From the NCBI GenBank assembly GCA_965285935.1, contig OZ260661.1, forward strand, positions 82,708,001-82,772,000: a DNA stretch of 64,000 bases, given 5' to 3'. A program made the translations under genes and the position numbers. The notes under the pieces are model-generated. The model was given only the letters and a program-made list of their open reading frames with translations. It was not told the origin of the DNA and searched no databases. Numbering within the stretch: position 1 is the first letter of the stretch; each line of letters begins with the position of its first letter. Positions 38,930 to 50,900 of this stretch are shown piece by piece. The stretch is from Ophelia neglecta. Taxonomy: Eukaryota.

Positions 38930-41900
38930 ATGGCTGGTACGAAGTTAGCTTATCATCGCAATGTCATAGATGGTATGTCATATCAGAATCTTGTGAGGAA
39001 TATGGAAGAAAATGATGTGATCAGTAACCTGAATAATCAGAGCTTCGACAAGCGGGCAGAAGTATTGGAACAACTGAGGACTGCAGCTCGTAGAAATGGA
39101 GGTAGGCTTCCTTTCCCAGATCAACGCTCTATTTTTAATGGACTGTGTTCGTCACTCAATGACAGCAACTGGGACGTAAGGCACCAATGCATTCAGTTGA
39201 TACATGAGCTAATACCACAATTTGGGGAGGACTTGGATGAATGCATGTCAATAGTGTTGGAGCATTTAATTCCAAACATAGGAGACACTAAAATTACTGT
39301 TCGAAGAGCAGTGATACAAACCATACATGTTTATATGAAATATACATCGGACATTCATGGATTGTTTAAAGCAATTGTGTGGTATGGTCTGGAAAACCGC
39401 AATTCGCGAATCAAGAAGGAAATGGTAATATCATTGCCGATGGTTTTCACGCCAGAATTTTCTCAAGAGAATATGTTTGATATTACGCAAGCTTTAGCTA
39501 AGCGTCTACTGGAGAGTGATGGAGAGACAGGTAACGGCCTACAACAACATGCCCTCCTGTCATTGGAGAAGATCAGAAATCTGGTGGGGGATTCAACATT
39601 CAAAAGTTACTTGCAGAAGCTCTCCACCCCCCTGAGAAAATACTATTATCAGGTATCGGAGCATCAAGAAGAAATTAATTCAGAAAATAACAATAAGACC
39701 AGTTCAAAGCACAGTGCGTACAGCACACATTCTTCCCATTCCAATGGTCATATACGAGCTTTTGAGCCCTACCCAGATCCTCCACAACCTCAACCAAGAT
39801 CCAAGGAAACCATGATTCATTCAACAAACAATCTTGAGTTTGGAGTTGTTCCTGGTCATATCATGGACAAACTCAATGACCAGAGTAATTTCCGAGCCAG
39901 AGCACAGGGAGTGGAAGAGCTTAAACTGATTATTAAAGATCTTGACGATATAAGTGTGTTACATCCACAAATCTTGAACTTTATCAGTTTTCTTAATAAT
40001 CTGCTTGATGACTCAAACTTTAAAATTACTACAGTGACCCTAGAAATACTGGGAATACTAGTATCAAAGTTAAGCTTCAATGTACAGGATCATTTAAAAC
40101 CACTGGTTTTGGCATTATGTAAGCGGATGGGTGACAACAAAATAGTTGTCAGACAGGCCATAATGAAAGTAGCCATCCAGCTCATGCAGATCCTGTCTCC
40201 GAAAGAAGTACTGTCTGTCATTTGTGACAACCTATCCCATCGGAACTCTCGAGTTCGACAGGAGACACTGAACATAGTCATACGCTCCCTTCTTACTTTC
40301 CCAAGCTATGAATTTGATCTTGGAGAGCTATGCCAGAAAATTGCGCATACACTTATTGACCCCAAGAGGCAAGTGAGGCAGGCATCTTTAGAGTGTTTTT
40401 CTGTGTTGGCTCAGGCTATGGGAGCAGGCAAATTACAGCCGCTGGTACAGGCAGTAGACAGTGTAGAACTCAGTTATGATGGCGATGGAGTGATGGCTGC
40501 TGTGCAGTCCCGACTTGCTCGACGTCAGCTACCTCGGGTGAATGCTGACGGGCTCATTGATTACGCCACCCCAATACCGTCGTCAGCAGCATCAAGTCGA
40601 GGTTCTGTCCCTGCTGGTGCTGACATTGATTGGATCCTGCTGGCCTCTGGAAGCTCTGGATCAAGTGCACGCTCTGCTCGCTCTGATATGGAGCTTGAGA
40701 GTATAGCTTCAGGGTCGGCTAGATCCACCCCAGTACATATACCCGAGAGTCCTGCTCATACCCCGAGGAATAGTGGTAGACACCTGGCATCAGCTTCTAG
40801 GCGCTCAAAACTGCCTTGGGATGACAATGAGTTCAATCAGGTAAGAACTGAATAATTACTTTCAATTAGTTACATACTGTATATATTTCTGTTCCAAACA
40901 AGGAATTTAAACTTATATGATTTTCATAGATAAATTTAAAGCCAATCAAACATGTATTTTTGGTTCTTCGTCCATCGAGTTTCAAACAAAAATAGATATA
41001 TCTTTGAAAAAGATTTTTCTATCTGGAAATAAGATTTACATCAATATTTATTTTGCAGTCAAGCTTGTACACAAAACTTTTTTGTTTATGACGGTCGCAC
41101 CTAATATTACTCTTCTTCTGCTATGAACACGGTGATGGCGCACTTCTATCTAATACTGTAAGACATGAAATTTCTGTGCGCATGTCATTTTTGCCTTTCA
41201 ATTAATCAGTTGTATTGCGAGGATACTAGTAACCTGCCGCGAAAAACTGTGGACGCTTTTGTGCAATTTTCTGATGCTGCAGAAAGTTCATGTTTTACAT
41301 TCTGAATAATTACCAATATAAGCTTCTTTTGTGTCACAGTGTGCTGTCTATTGTGTATAAATCTCTGCACTTCCTCTTCTGTAGATATTACCACCACTTT
41401 CTGCATGTTAACAAGCTGTTCTTCCTGCCTCTCCTCTAGAACTTGTCCCCAAGACCGCTTTTGCACAGAAATACATATGAAGTAAAAGCCAAGCCACTAA
41501 AAGGTAGCAAACAGCCACTTTCTTACTTGGAAAAATGGAAGAGGCAGAGGCACCCAATCAAGAGTACTGAATCAAAGGTGCTGGCTACTAAGGCTCGCAG
41601 GAGCATCCTTGATTTGAGTTTTGGTGGTGAACAGGCAAAATTAAATTCCAGCATTGAAAACAGCCTGTGTGAAGAAGACGTTCCATCCTCACCACCAGAG
41701 AGTTCAAGGAGACTTTCACCACCCCCCTTGTCACATGACTCAGACAGAGAGATGGAGCGTCCACCATTACATGCTTCTGCAGATACAGCAGACTTGAGAT
41801 GTTTGATTAAACTTAAACATAATGACTTTAAACAAGATGTATTAATTAATCCAGGTGTCAGTTCTCCTACTCAAGATGATATGCCAGAGTACTCCCATTA

Positions 41901-44900
41901 TCCATCTGAGGTAGACCAAAAATATGTAGAAAAAAAACGGTCTCCAGCTTTTACTGGCAAAATGGACCTAATTACTGGTAATTTTCCACGCAAAGATGAA
42001 CCTTCCAGTTTAACACCAATACCAAAGACCGTCACACCTTTGAGTGGGTCCTCTTCGCGAAGTACAGCACTATCTCACTATGATACTTCAGGTGGGTGTT
42101 CAGACTGTAGTGGTACTCCCATGACAGATGAGTCGGTATCGACGAGTATATCTAATGCACTAGCACCTTTGTCACCTGCTATTCTTACCAGATCAAGATT
42201 ATCTCCTCTAGTCTCCCCCTTGAAATCAGCTGCCATTTCTCCAAATCAACCAGCCCATTTACCTCTTGTAAGATCACCAGGGGAAACAACTAGAATGCAT
42301 CTACAGCCAATGAATATGAAAAAACCACCAAGTCTACTGACTCCAAAGTCTCCAACCAAAAACACTCAATCCACATTGAGCTCTATAGAATGCATGGTGG
42401 ATGATGAACAGACTGCACCAGAGGCTTTGAAAATAAATAATTCTGTAGTGGTCTCAGCTAGAGGATCAACAGAATGCAATCAGAGTCCTTTAGGTAGGAT
42501 TGAAGAATTATCCGATCCACCTTCTGGGGATAAGCCTGAGCTATTATCAAAGGAACATTTCCAGGCAAAAGGTAAAATGAATTTCCCAATGAAGGCAAAA
42601 GCAGCTGAAATGTCTGAAGTAAAACACAAACTCCTGGTTGATGAAAACTCTGACTCTTCCAATAGATCTGCAATGTCTGAGACAATGATACCACCGCAGG
42701 CAGAGACTTGTGACCTTCAAACACCAGCAGTGGTCTGTAAACAGTCTAGTGTAAGAAGCTCAAACAAAAGGGTAACACCTACCAAAATGGCTCAAGCAAA
42801 AACATTTTCTGAAATAGGTCAAGAAAATAATGCAGTTTCTAGTAGCCCTTCTCCAATATCAACGAGGGAAACCGACACAAAGAAGGACAAAAGAAAATTG
42901 GCCTGCCATGAGGATAAAACCAAACAAAAAATGCAAAACAGAACTAAAAAAATTAAAATTGGCAATAAAATGTCACAAGATAAATCTTCCTTGACTACCA
43001 TTGGTCAAGAATTCAGTAACATGCCTGATTCATGCAATCAGAGTATAAAGCTCCCTAAAATTGGCCGAAATTTGTCCCGAAATTCGGATGATTTATCCAC
43101 AATATCTCAGAGTGATACATCTGGAAATGAACTGGTGAATACGTCTGCAGTTATGTCAGATAGGAAAGAAGGCGTTCGTTTCTCATTACCTGAACCACAG
43201 TCTGTACGACATGCTTTGGTTTCACCTGTGGAGCATACGACATCCACATCTCTAGAGGTAGCATCAAATTCTAGGAGATTCCCACTTTCCCCTGAAGAAA
43301 GCCCAGGCTCCCCTCATCTTAAAGAAACAAAAGAGAGTCCCTCTTCAAGCAAGATATGTGGGCAGTCCTCATTTGGACCATACTTGAAAGCTAGACTATA
43401 TAAGCAGTGTCCCCCAAACACAGATTCATTGGTTACTTTAATGGTTGGGAGGCCTTCAGCTTTCTCCAGAACATCTCTAGAAGACAGCCTAGACAACTGG
43501 GATGATGAGGCGGACTCACTGGGAAATCTGCCAGCTGAAGGTGTTGAGTCTGTCTCTGTTAAACCTGCTGTCTGTCTAGAACCTTGCTCTGCTGTGGTAA
43601 GCCGTAGGATAAGGAGCAATTAGCAAATAAGTTTTGTTACATTTTTGTTGTTTCATGGAAAAAGTGACAAGAATGTCCATAATAAAACTGGCCATATTGA
43701 AAAAAGTAGTAGCCCAATTTTTTTACCATGAACATTTACCTGTAAATTCAAGTGTTTTTAATCAAAGGAAATAGCTGCAGTCCCAATTGCCTCTGCAGTT
43801 TAAAGGTTACAATTTAAAGCTGTGAATAAGTCCCATGAATAAGGCTTAGATATGTAGATGAGATAATAGGCTAGAGACTGAAGAGAGCCTATGCTGTAGA
43901 TAAAATACTATGAGCCTTATCTTCTAATGTCATGAAAAAAACCCATATATATGTAATATTATGGATTATCAAATGTATCATCAAGTTGTTGGATTTTGGA
44001 CCAGCTTAAAGATATGCACTGATTGTTTGCTTTCATATCAACACAGTTACTAATAAACAGGGCCTCAAAGTAGACCTGTTGTCAGAGAGAGGGCACTTTT
44101 ATGTTTATCTAGAGGTAAAATTAAAAGTATGTACTTGGAGAAGTCATGAATTATTCTGTTACCATAAAGTGTAAATGATTTAAATAAGGAGGAGGAAAAA
44201 GGCCTAGAAAAACATGCATATTTAGTATATATATACATGTATGTGTGTTTTATACAAAGGTACATGTTCACAATATCTAATAACAGACGGAGGCTATTAC
44301 ATGTAGAAGCGTAGGTGGGCTGAATGGTGACTGAGGCATTTCAGAATAAATTCTTCATCAGAATCTGTGAATTTAGCCACTGGCCTTTAGATCTATTAAA
44401 TTTATTTGTAAAACACAGTACATATATTTGATGAAACAGTACATATAGGCGCAGAAGCTGCTAACTTGATGCTGATGGCAGCAGCAACTGAAATGTATTA
44501 AATGGCTGACCACATCGGCGAAGCTGGAACTCGGCAATCATACTTGTCTTCCCATACCTGTTAATTCCTCCCTACTCCTCCATACCCATGTCTGTCCTTA
44601 ATTTACCTAGCTTTACCTGTGCTCTCCTCTGTCTTTTTCCACACCAGGTGATAATCTTGTTAAGCAAAGACCTCTGTTATAAATGAGTCTTTTGATTCCT
44701 GCTTAAGGTAATATACACAATGCAGTGTGATCAATAACAGTTGGCTTGTGCAATTTGTTTTCATGGCCTGCATTCTGCATACTAGAAAACTGGTATGTGT
44801 GTTGTTATAAATTTATATTTTGCCCAATCTGCTCCACAAATAACTGTTACTGGTGAGGAGATTATGGCTGGTGCCCCACAAGGAGATTTCTGCTGGAATA

Positions 44901-47900
44901 CTCCTCCCCTCCCTCCTTCAGTACTATTTCTGCTTTTCATATTTAATCCAGCTCTTTTGCGGATCATGTTACCAAATACTTGGCTAATATCTGTATGCAA
45001 CATGGATGTGTAGCTGAAGGAAAATCAATATTGATCCTTCTGATGGCTTTGTCTCATTTTTTCACAGCTCAGTGATTCCCTTATGGACTATGTGCCTGTC
45101 TTTCTATTGTATTTTGCTCATCTAAATTAACTTCATACTGAATTTGATTATGCAGATAGCACACTATAATTTGTGCATAAGTTTGTAGCTGGATTGTTGA
45201 TTTTTGCTTAATTTGAAAAACGTCAAGTTATGTAAAATGGTGAATTTTAACACCAGTCATTTAAATCTCAATTCAGACATTTGGTCATGGCTGGAAACTT
45301 TTTTTTTGGTTGGATTTTCCCCATTACCCCAACAGGCATAGAGTCTTCTTTATAATAAATGTTATGTAGAAACACAGCCTAAACATCTACCAACCAAACA
45401 GAAAATCTACCCCCCCACGAGCAGGCGGGCTAGAGTTAATTTCCCTGTTTTATTCTAACTAATACAGAGCACTTATATTTATATCTAGAGATCATTGTTT
45501 GGTAAACATATATTCATGTCAGCATGTTAAGTAACATCTGTGCATGGCTTTAGTACAGCTTGTGATTTCTCATGCTACTTGTAGAACAGGAATTACCTTT
45601 AATTTTGTAAGTTTATTGCAGAAAATCTATAATTGTTTAATCAACTCCATTATTGACTTATGTTTATTAATAATTTTTCAGACATTTGGCAGTGAGAAGA
45701 AATCAAGCCGCAGAAGAAATAGAAGAGAAGATAGTCCCGAAGGAGGTAGGCAGTTATTAAATAAAAGCTGTTACTTTTTTTTCCTAAAAAAATATCTCGC
45801 AATGTCTTTATAACATTTGGATAATTATTCTGTGATTCCATTACCACATTGTTTTTGATAAATGTATTTTCAACTTCTAAGTTGTGGGCTATTTAGTGTA
45901 TTCCTCAACTATTTGGAGGTAAAGTGTTAACGGCTGATGAGATCAGTTGTTAGTTTACAATCCACTTAGTGCCGTTAACATGGTTTAACCCTTTCACAGC
46001 CACATTGCCAAAGAAACACTTGTGTTACTACCACATCCCTGGAATTTGCCGGAAAAATTTTCTTATGATTTTTATATTTATTAGAAAAGTTAGGATTGAA
46101 TTTTTTAATATATACCAAAAACGTATGAATTAGTGGTATTAATCTGTTGTTATCTTATAGTATCCTTATTAGAAATCAGTCTGGCAGTTGAGGTTGGGAT
46201 GATCTGGAGCAATATGGTAGTGAAAAGGTTAAGTGTTAATATTGCTTCCATTCAAGATTTTCTAAATGCCTGGTTTAGTTTATGTCTGAAAATGAAAACA
46301 AGTATGTGTCCCGGTCTACAAGCACATTTTGTGGACTCTATGTATAGAGGAACATGTTTTTTTTAGGAAAGTGTGCGCAAAACATATACTGTAACAGATA
46401 TTATTAAAAATAAGGAGCCCTGTTAGGCGCATACCATGGAATCCTTTAGGTTTAAAACAGCCTAAACAATGTAATGATTAAATTGGTCTTGAGGAAAATT
46501 TGGTTTGGCTAGTGTTGTTACTTAGAAACAGCATCCACATTAGGTCTGAATGAGAATCTCATTTACACCAATAGGTTTCTCCAGCACAATTGCTAAAAAA
46601 CTGTCATGGCCATGCAGGTCCTTAAAATGCATTTCATAAATGTTATGTTGGGATTTACTTGACACCAAGGAAAGCAATTCATGGTAACTTCTTGTCAGGG
46701 ACATGTTGTTCGCAATTTCTTTTCTCTTTTCACCTTTTCCACAAAGTGTCCGTTCGGGCGCTATGTACTTGTAATTAGTGTCATTACGGTTATTGTTTCT
46801 TTCGTTTGGAAATCCTATCATTTCCTGAACATATGTTTTAGAAGTATACAGCCATCAGCAAGGGCAGAAAGGAAAACAAAACTGTTAGTCCATGACTTGC
46901 TCTGGGATTTGCACCGAAGAATTGATCTGGCCAAAAGAGTAATTGTGGCAGGTATTGATCTGTCTTAAGACCTTCATAAATCTGCCAGCATATTGACAGA
47001 GCCTATAAAGCTCCCACAATAGGCCCCAGTGTACAGGCCATTGGATTCCAGGAGACATATAAAAAGTAGAACACATACAGCTTAGATCGATCGGCTCTGC
47101 CACCTATGACATATATAACTGCTTGCTTCCAATGCTTTTTTAATAGGCATTTGGATTAGTGCCATTATTGGTTGTAAAGGATACGATATGAACAACCATT
47201 AACGGGCTGCTGTCTATAAAGCTATTCCCTTATCAATCTGTTATGTTACTGGAGATCCTTTTATATACAGTTTGTTCACAAATTAAGGATAAATGTTTTG
47301 TCCATGAGCGCATATTTATCGATTGACAATGATGTTACAAGCCCTGTATTTCAATGGTGTTATAAGCATTCATGACAATAGTGTTACAAGTCTTGTATGT
47401 CATTCATGACCATGGTGTAATAAGTCCTATATCTTATAAGGCTTGAACTTCATTCATGACAATGGTGTTACAAGCCCTGAATTTCATTCATGACAATGGT
47501 GTAACTAGCCCTGAATTTCATTCATGACATTGGTGTAACAAGCCTTGTATTTCATTCTTGACAATGCTGTTACAAGCCCTGAATTTCATTTATGACATTG
47601 GTGAAACAAGCCTGGTATTTCAATCGTGACAATGGTGTTACAAGCCTTCTATTTCATTGATGACAATGGTGTTACAAGCCTTGTATTTCAATCATGACAA
47701 TGGTGTTACAAGCCATCTATTTCATTCATGACAATGGTGTTACAAGCCTTGTATTTCATTGATGACAATGGTGTTACGAACCTTGTATTTCATTCATAAC
47801 AATGGTGTTACGAGCCTTGTATTTCATTCATGACAATGGTGTTCCAAGCCTTGTATTTCATTCATAACAATGGTGTTACAAACCTTGTATATCATTCATA

Positions 47901-50900
47901 ACAATGGTGTTACAAACCTTGTATATCACTCATGACAATGGTGTTACAAGCCTTGTATTTCATTCATAACAATGGTGTTACAAGCCTTGTATTTTATTCA
48001 TGATAATGGTGTTAAAAGCCTCGTATTTCATTCATGACAATGGTGTTACGAGCCTTGTATTTCATTCATAACAATGGTGTTACAAGCCTTGTATTTCATT
48101 CATGACAATGGTGTTACAAACCTTGTAATTCATTCATGACAATGGTGTTACAAACCTTGTATTTCATTCATGACAATGGTGTTCCAAGCCTTGTATTTCA
48201 TTCATAACAATGGTGTTACAAACCTTGTATTTCATTCATAACAATGGTGTTACAAGCCTTGTATTTTATTCATGATAATGGTGTTAAAAGCCTCGTATTT
48301 CATTCATGACAATGGTGTTACGAGCCTTGTATTTCATTCATAACAATGGTGTTACACCCTTGTATTTCATTCATGACAATGGTGTTACAAGCCTTGTATT
48401 TCATTCATGACAATGGTGTTACAAACCTTGTATTTCATTCATAACAATGGTGTTACGAGCCTTGTATTTCATTCATCACAATGGTGTTCCAAGCCTTGTA
48501 TTTCATTCATGACAATGGTGTTACAAACCTTGTAATTCATTCATGACAATGGTGTTACAAACCTTGTATTTCATTCATGACAATGGTGTTACAAGCCTTG
48601 TATTTCATTCATAACAATGGTGTTACAAACCTTGTAATTCATTCATGACAATGGTGTTACAAACCTTGTATTTCATTCATGACAATGGTGTTACAAGCCT
48701 TGTATTTCATTCATAACAATGGTGTTACAAGCCTTGCATTTTATTCATGACAATGGTGTTACAGGCCTCGTATTTCATTCATGACAATAGTGTTATAAGC
48801 CTTGTATTTCATTCATGACAATGGTGTTATAAGCCTTGTTTTTTATTCAGGTTACCGAGATAAGCACTCTGGGAAACGAGACCGATCTGATCAGCCATTT
48901 AGTGTGTACACTCCAAAGGGAGATGATGGTAAGATAAATTAAAATGTCCTTTTTTAACAAAGCAGCGGTTCAGTTGCCTTTGATACTCTCTTCCAGATGA
49001 ATGTTTTGTTTCTTCATGGTCATTTGCTCTTCATTACCCGGTATAAAAAGAATTTTAGATTATATCAACAACAGAAAGTCTGGAGACCAGAAGTTTGATG
49101 AAAAATAAAGCAATGACAGGAAGCATTTCGCAGAAGACATTTGACTTCCAACCGTTTCGTTCCTTGTCCCTGCGCACAGCTGTATGTCTGTGGCTAGTCT
49201 TAGCTATAATCAGTGAGCCTCATAGCAGGGTGTTTGTTTCTTTTCAAATGTAGTTGAGGGAAAAATGGTTAAACAGGTTAGGAAAAAAGTATAGGTGCAA
49301 AAGCAGCTAAGGCTAAATATTTTGATGTCACTGCTAAAAGCAGAAAAATGTTTTTTGCATCAACATCAGATGTCTGGACCATTTTTATTACTTGCCCAAT
49401 GATCAGTCATGAATTTTATGAGTCTTGAGTAGAAGCAAGTTTAACCTGATTAATTGAGTACAGTGCTTATTTGCAAAGAGATCCCATGCAACAGATGCAT
49501 GATAATTTAGTTATCTGATGCTGAACTTATAAAATAATGGGAACAATAGACAATTATTGGAAGTCTGAATGCAGGTAAATATGGAAATTTGTGGCAAAAG
49601 CCAAAGACTACATTTAAAAGTGAAAGTGCAGGAGTTTAGCAATATCAAGTTGCCTTTTGGAGTTTGCCATGCAAAATGCTTTGATCCAATCTCAAATCCT
49701 AGACATGTCCTCAAGTTAGTCTAGCCAAGCATCACTTGTCTAGTCAGTCATTTGTCTGAAGCATGTGCATATTGAAGCTGTCAATTTTCAATGGATTAAT
49801 ATAGTCTTTATGCCAGTTTGTCTTTGCTTTGATCTCCAGGCTTTCTGTATTTGGTATAAGAAATTAAGCACTCTCATTCTTGGTTCTTTTCTTTAAAGTA
49901 GCCGTAAGCTTAGAAATATTGGGTTGTGGTAGTGAATTGAAGCAGGAGTCAGGTATTGAATTTACCCGGTACTTTTTATTAAAAACAAAAGTGACTTGGG
50001 TAATCAATGTTTCGGTGACAGAATCTTTCACTAGAATTATAAACCAGCCATTTTGAACATGGGTGGCTGTTGAATATGGGCTGATGGAAGCTGAAGGAGG
50101 CCAGGGAAATCATTGTACCATATTTCTTAAACCAATCCTGTCAGCACTTTCATTTTGAAAATATGCCCTGCAAATTTCTGGCAGATTTTGATGGCTAACT
50201 TTTTTTTCCGAATTAAAGAGAGCATGCAATAAAATGGTCTAGAAAATCTTATGACACAAAGGAGTTGACTGATTGGGTGTCATGTATGTGACATATGCCC
50301 CATTTTTAATACCTACCCTAGTCTGGTTTTAGTTTATCTTTCAAGTTCAGTGAATTGTTTTCAAGCAGTGTTTAATGACCTTATCATGTTGTCAGTATGT
50401 TTTATCACACCTTAAGAAAAAATGAAATTTCTCTTTACACTGTTTATGCTCCTTATGTTAATTTTTTTCACTGGCTTGCTTCCCTCAATCTATTTGCCAA
50501 CAACAGACCTGTGGTTTTAAACCTTTTTGCAGAAATAACTCTGCACGCATATGAGACTATATGTCTGCATTTGGCAAATAGGTTGGACTTAAAGCAGTGA
50601 ATGAACCTGTGTTTTAGTGTTGTTGTTAGTAGTATGATACTGTGTTGTAGGCCGTTCCTATTCCACCCCATCTTCAGGAGCCACTACACCTCGCTACGAT
50701 CATTACGATGACTCCAGCTATAAACGCATGCTCAATCCTATTGGAGGTATGAATCTATCTCAAACACAAACAACGTTTGCCAATAGTGATTTGTAAATAC
50801 TTAATTATTCATCAGAAGAAACCAGCTCTTCCAATTTAAGTCCAAAAAGGTCCTGTAAGCTGTTTGAATATATTACCCATATTGAGTTGTAAAAGTCTTT

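Noticed and set aside
41443-43623. 726-aa ORF as an independent nested gene or transposon ORF
   Set aside because: The ORF-track start is a TTG 3 nt after a strong in-phase acceptor; no transposase or RT motifs or TIRs. A TOGARAM1 exon fits better.
47313-48850. 34-bp partly palindromic repeats resembling a CRISPR array
   Set aside because: Units are head-to-tail with no unique spacers, there are no cas genes, and the context is a eukaryotic intron. The period is not a multiple of 3, so it is not coding either.
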